Source of the DNA: Ophelia neglecta
Lineage: Eukaryota
NCBI GenBank assembly: GCA_965285935.1
Contig: OZ260666.1
Location: 806,001-870,000, forward strand
Length of the DNA stretch: 64,000 nt
Direction of reading: 5' to 3'
Below are positions 49,862 to 63,619 of the stretch, one piece after another. The position numbers and the translations under genes are program-made. Numbering within the stretch: position 1 is the stretch's first letter; every line of letters begins with the position of its first letter. The notes beneath the pieces are model-generated. The model was not told where the DNA came from. It made no database searches and saw only the letters and a list, made by a program, of their open reading frames with translations.

Positions 49862-50662
49862 AAGCGTAAGTCGGAGACAGAGACTTAAGTCAAATAAGAG
49901 ACTTAAACAAATTACAGAAGCAATAAAGGCGTTACCCTGTTTACAGAGGTTATAGTTACGTTCCTCACTAACTCTTACCTTGGGGGTTATCGGCTCTGTG
50001 AGCAGGGTATAAAGGCCGGTGAGAAAGAGATATAAACAGACTATTGGCAAATATAATGCTGCGTGAAGAAAGGAGTGTAGGTATTATAAATCAGGTAGAT
50101 GCTTATTAAGGAAGAGCACACCGAGTAGAAAAACCCCAAAATACCCATGCCAATCCACCCCTAGCTATAAACCAAATGAAACATCCCTACAGTTCAAAGT
50201 GCGAGATCTTACGTTTACGGGGCAATTTAGATTAATCCCAGTAGAAAGGATGGTCGGGGAGATGAGGCGAAGGGTTGAAAAAATCGGTCTTAGATGGGGT
50301 GGGGAGGCACAGAATTGGCGCGGACCCTGGCAGAGGGGTGGGCACGCCGAATTAAGTATCCCCCCCCCCCCTTTCGCCGCCATAGCAAATGACCGTCCCC
50401 TAAAAAAAACTTGATTGACTCCTTGAAATTATTGTGCGATGTGATACATTGGTTAATGATTTTACGCTTCATCATATTAGTTTTTACAATGGGTAAGTGC
50501 AGATCATTGGAATGTCTAGTATTGTTATTGTGAATTTCGTAAATAAAGAAGAAACGACTGTTGGTAAGGGTTCATTCATGAGTTTAAATTAAAGCAATGC
50601 TCTAGAGAGTTCCAAATCGGGTGCTTCATTAAATTTTAACCACTAATTTATGTGGTTAAAAC

Positions 50663-52131
50663 TATGGTCCAGGGAGACTCGTACTGAGTCCTATGGTCCA
50701 GGGAGCCTCCTACTGAGTCCTATGGTCCAGGGAGACTCCGACTGAGTCCTATGGTCCAGTGAGACTTGTACTGAGTCCTATGGTCCAGGCAGACTCGTAC
50801 TGAGTCCTATGGTCTAGGCAGACTCGTACTGAGTCCTATGGTCCAGGGAGACTCGTACTGAGTCCTATGGTCCAGGCAGACTCGTACTGAGTCCTATGGT
50901 CCAGGGAGACTCCTACTGAGTCCTATGGTCCAGGGAGACTCGTACTGAGACCTATGGTCCAGGCAGACTCGTACTGAGTCCTATGGTCCAGGGAGACTCG
51001 TACTGAGTCCTATGGTCCAGGCAGACTCGTACTGAGTCCTATGGTCTAGGCAGACTCGTACTGAGTCCTATGGTCCAGGGAGACTCGTACTGAGTCCTAT
51101 GGTCCAGGCAGACTCGTACTGAGTCCTATGGTCCAGGGAGACTCCTACTGAGTCCTATGGTCGAGGGAGACTCCTACTGAGTCATACGGGCCAGGGAGAT
51201 TCCTGCCGAGTCCTATGGTCCAGGGAGACTCCTACTGAGTCCTATGGTCCTGGGAGACTCCTACTGAGTCCTATGGTCCAGGGAGACTCCTACTGAGTCC
51301 TATGGTCCAGGGAGACTCCTACTGAGTCCTATGGTCCAGGGAGACTCCTACTGAGTCCTATGTTCCAGGCAGACTCCTACTGAGTCCTATGGTCCAGGCA
51401 GACTCCTACTGGGTCCTATGGTCCAGGGAGACTCGTACTGAGTCCTATGGTCCAGGGAGACTCCTACTGAGTCCTATGGTCCAGGGAGACTCCTACTGAA
51501 AGCTATGGTCCAGGGGACTCCTACTGATTACTTTGGTCCAGGGAGTCTCCCACTGGATCCTATGGTCCAGGGAGACTCGTACTGAGTCCTATGGTCCAGG
51601 GAGACTCCCACTGTGGCTTATGGTCCAGGGAGACTCGTACTGAGTCCTATGGTCCAGGGAGACTCCTACTGAGTCCTATGGTCCAGGGAGACTCCTACTG
51701 GGTCCTATGGTCCAGGGAGACTCCTACTGAGTCCTATGGTCCTGGGACACTCCTACTGAGTCATATGGTCCAGGGAGACTCCTACTGGGTCCTATGGTCC
51801 AGGGAGACTCGTACTGAGTCCTATGGTCCAGGGAGACTCGTACTGAGTCCTATGGTCCAGGGAGACTCCTACTGAGTCATATGGTCCAGGGAGACTCCTA
51901 CTGGGTCCTATGGTCCAGGGAGACTCGTACTGAGTCCTATGGTCCAGGGAGACTCCTGCTGAGTCCTATGGTCCAGGGAGACTCCTACTGAGTCCTATGG
52001 TCCAGGGAGACTCCTGCTGAGTCCTATGGCCCAGGGAGACTCCTACTGAGTCCTATGGTCCAGGGAGACTCCTACTGGGTCCTATGGTCCAGGGAGACTC
52101 CTACTGGGTCCTATGGTCCAAGGAGACTCCT
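50663..52131. repeat. 29-bp minisatellite (tatggtccagggagactcctactgagtcc), ~50 copies
   Basis: Direct reading; internal GACTC/GAGTC inverted repeat; no spacers. Confidence 0.95.
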
Positions 52132-55100
52132 CGATTGTCATGATGCAATTAGCGCATCCTGATGTATATCCATTCTCAAAAACCATGTCTAAAGACTTCT
52201 ACAATATTATTTATTTTATCTAATCAATGAATGTTCACCACTTATTTATGTGATGGGCAGACGCGAATGAAGTAAAACTTACATGACTCGACACGCCCGT
52301 ATGCGTAACACCTTCTAATGCCTCCACCGCCCTTGTTCTGGCCAATTCTGCCAAATTTCTGTCAGTAAGAGGTTCTACTTTTAACAATTTAAACAATGTC
52401 AACACCACGCAGTAGTTCAAATATAGTTTTGCTGAATGCATTTCCAAACTGTAAATAATACTACGTCAGCCGGGCGAACCTTCAGTTACCAGGCGCAATG
52501 GGCATATAACCCCTTGGTGCAATACATATAATCTATTGCAAGGAAGAAATTTCTGTTCCTAAATATGTATATCTAGAGGTGTTCTAAAAAAAAGGGGGTG
52601 AGCAAAAGGTGTGATGTTATAGTTGGTCATCACAAATGGGACTTGTTTTGTCAACTGGATCCTTTTAGCACCTGAAATAATATGACATACAAATAAGGAA
52701 ACCTATACTAACGCTAGGTTTTGCACATAAACATTACTTGCATTCAATGTCCTCTACTATACACAAACCACATCAACAGATTTACAAAGTTCACGTTTAC
52801 ACTTTTTGAATTATTCAAGTCAACATTGATAGTTCATATATACATAACTGGCAAGTGTCATTCATACATAACATACTGAACAACTAATTCAATCATACTA
52901 ACACGTAACTCTCACTCTAATGTATTAACACTGTAAGATGTTTATATGTATTCATCAAAGTATCCGTATATATAAAGTGCTTTGTGCCTATTGTATACCT
53001 TGGAGAAATGATTCCGAAGATAGGCCCCAATAACAGTTGAGATCGTATTGACATACACACTGATATTCATGTCCTACAACCAGATTATTTATTTTCGAGA
53101 AAGTCGGATTAATACTACTAGTTTATAAGGCAGCTTGCCACACAAGATGAGCTAGACCGGGTCTTACAGACAAATACAATATAATTCAGGGTCATGGGCA
53201 GCACAGCACATCACTACATGTACAGGTTTACATACAAAAAATGAAGACAGACTATCACTGTTTTCAGGAAAGAAATAATGCTTGGGTCCTTTCTACATGC
53301 TCAATATACAAACTAGTATATAATAAATGGCATCACGTAATTAAATGGCCCAACAAAGTACTGATTTCAATGACAAACTTAAATAAGAATTCATAAATAA
53401 TTTATATCCATATGGAATGAATTCCTAACTGTTATTGGTTTAAAATAATATAATTCCCACAAGGCACTTCCAAACCAATCAAATTGAAAGTACACTATTA
53501 GTCAAGAAGGCTAAACAATTTTACTATTCCTGAAAGTACAATGGATTGTGGGACACTCTTAATCAAAACAATAACTACTGCAAACGGAGCAGTGTCCTGA
53601 AGGTTGGGTAACAAACCAGGCACAGCTGTCATAAGGTCACACGCAATTTACAACGCAGGAATACTGGGATTCATGCACATAAATTGAACAACTGCCATGC
53701 AACTATACATATGATTAGTCAGGGTATACATTTGGTATAATCCATATATAAGGCGAGCCCAATTGATATATGTACGTGAAACCATGCTTCTTCATGTAGC
53801 TGTACCTTTCATGAAAACAGCTTTAAGCAAGTGATATTCTTGTCACGACTATTTGTTAATAGTTGACACTTGACAAACAAGCACATAATGTACATATTAT
53901 GAAGGCATGTATTGACACACACACAAAAATGTTCCACTCAAAGGTAAAGATGGAAGCGCAAGGATCATGCCGCTTAATGTAAGCATAATGTTAGCATAGG
54001 TGCCGGGTTGCACAACGCCAAATTTTTACCATTCATAAATAGTATTATGCCTCAGTTGTAACCTGTCAAAATATGTATTTGTAGATGAATTGCTGAATTA
54101 AAAGTTTTACGTCATATATACTCGTGATAAAATACAATTATAAACATGTCAATGCAGCCAGTGGCGGATTCAGCCTGCCTCCACCCCCCTCCCCTTTTGC
54201 CAAAAAGTGGTCCTGGACTAGGGCCTATTTCTGGACCCACCAAGATGGTTTCAGAGGGTTGATAACAAGGACAATCCAGAACTGTGCCTTGTCAGCATTA
54301 GAAAATCCCCCCCCCCCCCCTTCCTGAAGTCCTGAACCCGCCACCGGCATCATATTAGTACATTGGCAATACACACGTCAATTTAGCCACTCAGCATCAT
54401 GTGTCTTTCTCTGCAATATTGTGCACTAAGCCACCTGAGGTCAAACAGACCATATCCCATGATGAATTGTGTACAACATCATCAGGAATTAGCAGCCCCA
54501 TGCCCACACACAACAATACATCGACCTCCAGCTCCCAAATAATAAATAAACTTTTAATGCAAGTAAAAAAAATGAAAATAAAAACCTGATACTACTTGCA
54601 TTGAAAAGTAGTCAGCAGTTTCCATTACGTGGGTCAGAACACAAACAAAAAAAACGACTCAGTGGACAGAGATAAAATATGACCATGGAGGGTCTTTGAT
54701 GGTGTGAACTCCCTTAAAATGTAGAGACCAATGGTGAAATTGTCTCGATAAACTGGTCCCTGCAAGGTTCGGCAGTCCCACGCCCTGTACGATAAAGGAA
54801 CATTACAGAAATCAAGAGAAAAGAGATCTATTTGTAGGACACGCTACAGTTACCACTGTACCTTACCTACGTACACCAAGCTTATATGCACAATGTAGGC
54901 TAGGCACAAGTTATAGACTAATGAGGTGCACATCACATGATCTAATAGAGAAATCGAGCGGTGTATCATTTTAAATATAAAATTCTAGTCAAAATGAAAT
55001 TGCATTGACAGTCGAATCTGTCCTTGTGGGCATCTGTGAATTAATGACATCTTTGAATTAAGGGCACTTTTGTTCCATCCGGCCCGACTTAACATGGGAC

Positions 55101-55848
55101 TAATAGGAGAGGGCATCTGAGAATTAAGGGCATCTCTGAATTGAGGGCATCTGCAAAATTAAGGACAAATATGTTCAGTCCTGTGAATGCTCTTAATTCA
55201 CAGATTGGACAGTATTTAAATAATTAATACATGAAGACTAAATGACTTGACAGCAGTTTGAGGCTTTAATGAGAATAGCGAATGTCAGAACGGCAGTAAT
55301 GCATCAGACGACAGTACATTTCATCCAGTTAAGTACATGCCCAAGTCAGTCTGCCGCTCTTTAATAGCGAGTCTGTAATAAGTCAGATAAGTCGGTTGCA
55401 ACACAAGCTGAAAACGTTTTCAAAGGTGCCATCTTGGAAATATGGAATGGCCATTCAGGCTGTGGAAATTACATTTTGTTCAAATTTTAAACATCATAGT
55501 TTGCTAAAAAAAAGTCAATACTATAGAAGGGAGTCTTAACCTGTTATACCCAAACGTATTTTACGTATTTGGTTAAAATATTTAAGACGCATTGGAAAAA
55601 TATATTAGGCAAGTGTCAAAATTACTTTGCGTGGATACATCTTGCTGCGAGACTAGACTTATTTCAATGGATATTAGAAAATCTATCATGTTTTTGATGA
55701 CTTCACCTACTCATCCTAACAGTCAAACTTCTATCCTCACATCTACAGCTATTGGCCCTTATCCAACCTCGTTCTGATTTGGGAACCAACCAATCAATAT
55801 TCAAAATGACTTCGCCTACTCATCCTAACCCCATTTCTTACTCTTCAG

Positions 55849-56928
55849 ATGGCGACCGCGATGCCCGATCTTGACGAATGTGAGATTTGTCTCAATCCCC
55901 TCACGGCGCCGCGGGTTCTGACCTGCCGGCATATATTCTGTCTGTCCTGCCTAGAGACATTGGAAAGCTACAAGAAAATCAAGTGTCCCAAATGTCGGAA
56001 GGAGACAGAGATACCCCAGGGCCTCCGGGTCTCTCATCTCCCAAAACGTAACGTGAGAAGTCACACGATAAAAGTAAGGTCCTCGATCGTCATGGTGAAG
56101 TCCAAGGAGGTGGAGCACCAGATAAGAAGTGTGAAAATCGACGACTACTCTCAGGTAATATATACAAGTACTAAGGACAATGAGAAACCTATCAAAATGT
56201 ATAACTACATGGGGGAATACCTAGGCCACCTGGCGGCTGATCGTTGTCTACAGAGGGCTGGTTTGGACGTAGACACCAAGAGAGGACTCATCTTAGCTGC
56301 ATTGGGTACATACATAATAACATTCGACAGGGAAGGACAGCAGGTCGGTACCATCATCTGCCCGGATTTCAAACAGGTGAATGATATTGTCTACCAGCCA
56401 GACAACGACAGGTATGTGGTGGGAGACATCGTGGCTCACTCTCTTTACTACATCGACCCTGACACCGAGAAGGTCGAGCACACCGTACAGGCTGAGGAGG
56501 CTCGATTAACAAAATGTGGGACTAAGAACTTATACATGGCAGCCAGCAAGGTTACTACTAGCTTGGCCCTAGGCACACTGGACGCAGAAAAAGGCCTTGT
56601 AAGGTTGTACGATAAAGGCGGGACACCTATAATGAGCTGTGGAGGAGCTGGAGGTGGATATGGGAAATTCCAATCCCCAAGCGGTATCTGTTTTGACCCC
56701 CAGGGTCGGGTAGTGATAAGTGACCTTCACAACCAACGTCTGGTACGCGTGTCTCCCGACGAAGTGGAGAAGCACAAAGAATGGCAGCTTCTGGTAGGAA
56801 CAAAGCAGTTTAATCTGGGGCTTCCCCGTGTGATAGACATCACAGCTGACGGGCTGGCCGCCATGGTGTTCTTTGAAGACCCGAGTGAAGGTCCCTTCCA
56901 TCTGGCCATTCTCAGCGGTCTGTGCTGA
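55849..56928 (+). CDS. RING + NHL-like propeller protein, copy 3
   Basis: Intact 359 aa, with a one-codon insertion in the linker. Confidence 0.9.
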   Translation: MATAMPDLDECEICLNPLTAPRVLTCRHIFCLSCLETLESYKKIKCPKCRKETEIPQGLRVSHLPKRNVRSHTIKVRSSIVMVKSKEVEHQIRSVKIDDYSQVIYTSTKDNEKPIKMYNYMGEYLGHLAADRCLQRAGLDVDTKRGLILAALGTYIITFDREGQQVGTIICPDFKQVNDIVYQPDNDRYVVGDIVAHSLYYIDPDTEKVEHTVQAEEARLTKCGTKNLYMAASKVTTSLALGTLDAEKGLVRLYDKGGTPIMSCGGAGGGYGKFQSPSGICFDPQGRVVISDLHNQRLVRVSPDEVEKHKEWQLLVGTKQFNLGLPRVIDITADGLAAMVFFEDPSEGPFHLAILSGLC

Positions 56929-57930
56929 GTACAGTTACATATAACACAGGGTCGTAATATTGACCGTGAGATCTAAGAATAATGCCTCTAATATATGTGT
57001 TTTGTAATTCCCACTAACTTATTCCAAAAACACCTGTCGGGTGATTAAGAGCTTCATACTAATATGATAATTGCATTGTCAGATAGTGCTTTTCGAGAAA
57101 GAATATATGCAAAATGTTAATAGAATGAGCACCTAACAAAATGTATCTGGCTGTGTGTAAAACAAAACTAAATATGTAAGAATATTACATTACACAAACC
57201 TTTGTAACTTGTAGTCTACTGCCAGCCATTGAATTTAAAGGTTGGTATAACAATAGTAGTAATGTAATTAACATTACGTATACTACTAGGCCATGACTGC
57301 CGCATGCGGCGTCCGTCCTCATGTGATTTTAGGAAACAATCTTGAATTGTACTTTATTTGTGTATGGTTTATTGTATATTTGTTGTACATTTCACATTTG
57401 TTTGGTACTATATATATCCATGTATATCAACTCATTTATACACACATAGTAACGAGCTGCAATATATTGTTACTGCCATTATTAGTTTTTACCAAAGTTT
57501 TATCAGCAATACCAATTAACATGTTATATGCGCCCCAATGAATGGTTAAAGAATTCTGAAAATGCACATCGAATAAAGAGAAACGTTATAGGGCACAAGG
57601 TTACAAATAACCCTGGTCTATTCAAGGACATTGTCAAATTTGTAACATCGGAAAAAGTCATGGATGTTTTATTTGTGAAATATGTACAGGATTATCTGTT
57701 ATATTGAGAGATATGTGCTCTCCTGTTATGCGAAAATATATCTATCTGTTATAAAAGCATTTATATTAATGGGAATTAATTAATCTACACACACTGTTAC
57801 TGCGCAAAAAACAAGTTATTTGTACCTTGGCTTAATAAAATGAATAGGCGTTTCCTGCTATAACTATCGCCCGAGCTATCTAACTGTAAAGTAACTTGTT
57901 ATAAAATGTTATAAGGAAAGAAACTTAATA

Positions 57931-59935
57931 TGGGGAAATGTGGGTAAGTATGATCACCTGGGTAACTACGATCATTTGTAACAAGGCTAATTTGAGTGTC
58001 TCCTAAATAAAGCTTATCAGTAGTATACAAGCGTTGTGTTGTTTTTACCATCCCACTAATAATGTATATTTAGCACCTTAAATGAGGAAACTATATTTTG
58101 GATATTAAAGCAACAACAGACTATTGTAATTGGCTCTTTCGTTGACTACGTCATTCCCCTGAAAAATCGCCAGCACTTCCAAGTAGTGACCGATTTGAGG
58201 CATGTCTGTCTAATGTACCTTGGTCCCATTATAAGGCGTCCCCGCATCTTTCGAGTCGTATTTATTAGAAATATAATAGTTTGAAGAACAAGTTGCAGTT
58301 TATTTCGTGTGTAAAAAGTATCTTAATCGAATATATAAATAATAAAAGAAATCGATCGTACTTTCCTCAACCTAAAATTTCTAGCCTTGGGTAAGTACGA
58401 TCTCCGACATTTGAGCGCGGGTAGGCTACGAGAATACTATTGTATTTGGTTCTAAGTCTTGGTAATTATTTAGAAGTTCACTTTCTCACTTATTTTTGAT
58501 AGGAGGATTGTTCATAAAACTATGATCCATCTGTTATGTTGTCTGTTGCCCTTTACCTGTATATTGCTGAGATTTTTTCTTTTTTTCTTGCTCTTTCCGC
58601 ATGATAGTGCTATTTAATATTAATTTTGTATTTTTCTAAGTAACCTTCATGCAGGTGGCTCCTATGATAGCGTTCCTCGCGGAACTTAATGGGAGTCTCC
58701 TAGACATATAAGTAGTGTTAATTTACCATAAATAATGTATATATATAGTGCTAACCACCAATATTTGTTTTACTTACCTGCCTATATCAATATAAAAATT
58801 TGTCTAAATAAATACAATACAATACCATACTACGAGGATACTGGTTGCATGTCTAGGACTAGTATGCTGATAATTTTTATGGGGTTGTCTGTAAGCGAGC
58901 ATGGTAATTTCTCTGCAAACACTGGATAAATAAGCGTCATGCCCCGGTTGAGAATAGTAATAACAATGCACGTTGAAATTACACTAGCCGAATATGTCCG
59001 CGACCCCGAGCGCCTGCCCTGAATCTCCAGTGACGTGTCGCTGCTTGTAGTCTAGATCTTGATATACAGCCGGCATCCTCAATGAACGTCCCCGGCGCGG
59101 GGTGTCTTTAAGGCATTTTTGCTTATGCTTGAGAGCTTGGGACATTTTAAGCATGACATTATTGCCAGTAGACACTTTCGGATCGAACTATAATTCCACA
59201 GCGTTACCTCCCAGACATATAGGCCTAAGTAGCCTACAGAATTTGGCATTAACAGGCAGATTTGTGGCTGTGTTTACGTGCGATTCCCTGATCGGACGGG
59301 AGTGAAACTTAAAAAGAAATACAGAGGTCTCGCGGGTATAGGGCCTAAAGGATATGTTTAGAAAATCTGTGGTCATAGTAAAAGTTACGCTACCTACTTA
59401 TTTTTCGAAATGTTGCTGTTTAGTGACCCGAAAATGTACCGATAGGCCTCCTGTTTATGCCTGCGCCGCAAGATCCCCACTCAGCAAACAGGCTGCGGAG
59501 AACGCGGACACCTAAACTGTTTACAGTCGATTTATTATTTTTTTCGCTGGCTCTTGTACGCCTACCCTATATGACTTAGTGAAGTAAACACGGACATACG
59601 GTTTTTAAGAGAAACTTTGTGAAAGGTGGCAAAATATAGCCACAAAATGAAAAACAAAATATGTCAATTCGACGTAGAACATGGACAGGGGTGAAACATG
59701 CTTGTAATCCTGTTGGTCGCAGTTACCATCATGTGATCGTACTTACCCCCACGTGACCATTTGCTTATAATAAGAGCTGAGGTTGGGGAAAAGCACGTTT
59801 TAAGTAGTATTCATTGCTAGATCTTCAGTAAAGTCTCTCCTTAATCCAAGGTATATACTTCATACTACTTACAGTCCCGTTGCATTACCAAGTTGTCTAG
59901 GAATTCAACTGATAGTACTTACCCACATTTCTACG
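57931..59935. mobile_element. ~2-kb non-autonomous DNA transposon downstream of the RING-NHL gene (right-truncated copies from 33273 and 44180)
   Basis: TIRs GAAATGTGGGTAAGTA(C/T)GATCA / TGATAGTACTTACCCACATTTC, plus internal gatcgtacttacc subrepeats. Confidence 0.55.
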
Positions 59936-60309
59936 TGGAACGGGATTAATAGTCAACAGTTTTTCCATGATGCGAAGGGTCAGTGAAGTGGGGCAAATTG
60001 GTGCAAAAAATAATAATTATTTGGTGCAAACTGCGAGGAAAGCATGAAATTTTTTTAAGGATAGGAACCAAGAAAATCTGCTCCGTTGCCATGGTAACCA
60101 GAATAACACCCCTGGAATGGAATTATATTGGTCAAAATCTAAATGTATTTTACATTTTTATTTCAAAGTTTATATTATCAACGAACACCAATTATTTAAT
60201 TCAACGATAATATAAGCAATGAACACCCAAGGGCCCAAGGTACAGACTCCTGTAAGATGGCTTTGCTGCGCCCAACGGTTACCAGGGAAACAAGACAATT
60301 AATCAAATG

Positions 60310-61105
60310 TCTCTCACATTTTGGCATTTGCTCAATTGAGATGTATTTCTGGAATTAAGAAATACTTAACCAAAGAGGCGCTGCTTAGCATTACACATGC
60401 CTTCGTAACTTCCCGGCTTGACAATTTAAATTCATTATATGTTGGTTTGCCAGACACATTGGTAAACAAACTCCAGCGGGTGCAAAATGCTGCTGCTCGA
60501 CTGGTGACGGGCACTTCATATTCAAGTCACATAAGTCCAGTGATTGCTGATCTTCATTGGCTGCCTGTTAGACAGCGCATAAATTTTGAGATCTGTCACA
60601 TGGCTTACAAATGCCAGCAGGGTCTTGCCCCAAAATATCTGAGTGACTTGCTTGTCCCATATGTGCCAAAACGTAGCCTGAGGTCACAATCCCAGAACTT
60701 TTTAGTTGTGCCAAAATGCAACACGACAACTTGTGGCCAAAGACGGTTACCTGTTGCTGCTCCCCTGCAGTGGAATGCCTTACCTGTAGATATAAGAGCT
60801 TGTAAAAATTTAGAAACTTTTAAATGTAGGTTGAAAACCCATTGTTATAGAATAGCTTTTAATTAACTATAACTTATTTCTTTTATCAACATGAAAACAA
60901 TTTTTTAGAGAATAACTTTTGATCAATTATCACCTATTCTTTTTTATCAACATGTAGCACATTGTTCATTGTTTCAAACTCATTTTTGGTGCTTTAAATT
61001 ATCATTTTGTGAATGTTTTTTAAGTTATTGTACAGCGCTTTTGAACAGATTTTTCTGGAAGGGCGCTTTTATAAATGTAATAAAATAAAAAAATAGATAA
61101 AAAAT
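60310..61105 (+). mobile_element. 5'-truncated L2/CR1-group LINE (ORF2 C-terminus, 3' UTR and A-rich tail)
   Basis: HAFVTSRLDNLNSL..GLP...KLQRVQNAAARLV...HISPVIADLHWLPVRQRI is the characteristic L2-type ORF2 C-terminus. Confidence 0.85.
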
Positions 61106-61875
61106 ACTGTTCATTATAACTACCTAATACGGAGATATTGTTCATTATTACTACCTTATATGGAGAGACAGCTCGTTAAAACTACCTAATACGGAGAAAC
61201 TGTTCTTTATAACTACCTAATAGTAGTTTTAACGAACAGCCTCTCCGTATTAGGTACTTTTAACGACCTAAGCCAGGCCGGGGCCTAGGTTTAAATCTGG
61301 GTTACATTTGATGACTCAAAATACTGGCTCATCCTTAAAAGAACTTATTTTCAGGGAGTCGCCGCCCACCCTCTCACCGGGGTTTCCATGCGACAAACTC
61401 GGAGAGGGGCAAACAAAGTGTTTATCGCAGTTAAACGGTAGCGCTAAGCTGTCACAGCTGTCACAGCTGTCACAGCACCACTTGGCGTGTTATGCTATGA
61501 TCAAGGGAAACTAAGTTACTTTAGTTTTATTCAAGGAACAATAATTTGATAAAAGTTTCGATGTTTAAAGTTTATTTTTACATAAGTATGGACCTTTTTT
61601 TTCTTGTGGTTTAACTGTATCATTCCAGAGAGTGAACACCATACTCGCTTAGTTTGTTAATGGTCCATAAGGTAAAATGTCGAGTGTCTTTGAGCTTTTC
61701 AGTCTAAGTATGCTTTAAAACGGCACCAGCCTAGCACTCCGTAAACTACTACGGTTTCACTTTTACAGCAACTTTCCCTAGTCCTTAGCTGAGACCTGCA
61801 TATTCAATCAGGGCACTTGCTAAGTGTGTCATACTCCTGAAACTCTCTCGTACAGTGCCTCCGAATGCCACGCAT

Positions 61876-62024
61876 GAAGTGAAGAGGAGTGAAGTGAAGT
61901 GAAGTGAAGTGAGAAGTGAAGTGAAGTGTGAAGTGTGAAGTGTGAAGTGAGAAGTGAAGTGAAGTGAAGTAAAGTAAAGTAAAGTGAAGTGAAGTGAAGT
62001 GAAGTGAAGTGAAGTGAAGTGAAG
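61876..62024. repeat. (GAAGT)n microsatellite, expanded tail of the LINE paralogous to 8809-8863
   Basis: Direct reading; both flanks match 8490-9100. Confidence 0.9.
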
Positions 62025-63619
62025 TTTATTTACCACATATCATATACATAGGAATACATACTTTCAATCATAAATAGAAAACGAAACATAATAGTGGAAG
62101 GAGAATAAAATGGAAGCTCCAAAGAGGTTATTGCATACCCCAATAGTGGATAATAACGAATCACGATTTACATATATGGTAAAGCGCTACACAAAGTATA
62201 GGTTAAATTAGACATGTACATGAAAATAGATGTATATACGAAGAAACTGGAATTAGCTAATAATTTGCTATAGGGTTAAGCCATCAACCTGACTGAGACA
62301 CTTAAATAACCCTTAACCCTACCCCAAGCCTAATCCATATGGCTAAAGTTTAAACATCTCGTTCCTCATAGCTGTGTCTCGTAACTGGAATTTCCTGTCA
62401 GGTATCCCCGTATGTCGCACCCAGAGATTCTTTGGTACAATGGATTGTGGGCAACACTTAATCAAAACAATAACAAGTGCAAATGGACCATATTGTCCGG
62501 AAGGTTTGGTAACAAACTAGTCACGGCTGGTACATACTAAATCGAAACAATTACAAGTGCGAATGGACCATATTGTCCTGAAGGTTTGGTAACAAACCAG
62601 GCACAGCTGTCATAAGGCCACACGCAATCTGCAACGCAGAAATACTTGGATTCCTGCACATAAATTGAACAACTGCCATGCACCTATACATATGATTAGT
62701 CAGGGTATACAATTAGTATAATCCATATTTAAAGCGAGCCCAATTGATATGTGTACGTGAAACCATGCTTCGTCATGTAGCTGTACCTTTCATGAAAACA
62801 GCTTTAAGCAAGTGATATTGTTGTCACGACTATTTGTTAATAGTTGACACTTGACAAACAGGCACATAATGTACATATTATGAAGGCATGTATTGACACA
62901 CACACACCAAAGTGTTTCACTCAAAGCTAAAGATGGAAGCTCAAGGAACATGCCACTTTATGTAAGCATAATGTAATCTTAGGTGCCGGGTTCACGGCAT
63001 GCATACCGCCAAATCTTTACCAGTCGTAAATTTTGTTTTTAATGAGAATACCGAATGTGAGAACGGCAGTAATGCATCAGACGACAGTACATTTCATTCA
63101 GTTAAGTACATGCCCAAGTCAGTCTGCCGCTCTTTAATAGCGAGCCTATAATAGGGCAGATAAGTCGGTTGCAACACAAGCTGAAAAAGTTTTAAAAGGT
63201 GTGATCTGGGTACTAGGGAATGGCCATTCAGGCTGTGGAAATTACATTTTGTTCAAATTTTAAACATCATAGTTTGCTATATTATTCAATACTATAGAAG
63301 GCAGTCTTGACCTGTTATACCCAAAAGTATTTTACGTATTTGGTGAAAATATTTAAGACGCATTGGAAAAATACATTAGGCAAGTGTCAAGATTACTTTG
63401 CGTGGATACATCTTGCTGCGAGACTAGACTTATTTCAATGGATATTAGAAAATCTATCATGTTTTTGATGACTTCACCTACTCATCTTAACAGTCAAACT
63501 TCTATCCCCACCTCTACAGCTATTGGCCCTTATCCAACCTCGTTCTGATTTGGGAACCAACCAATCAACATTCAAAATGACTTCGCCTACTCATCCTAAC
63601 CCCATTTCTTACTCTTCAG

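Noticed and set aside
50663-52131. CRISPR-like array (29-bp palindromic repeat); likewise the 38-bp and 25-bp arrays
   Set aside because: Units are head-to-tail with no unique spacers, there are no cas genes, and the context is eukaryotic.
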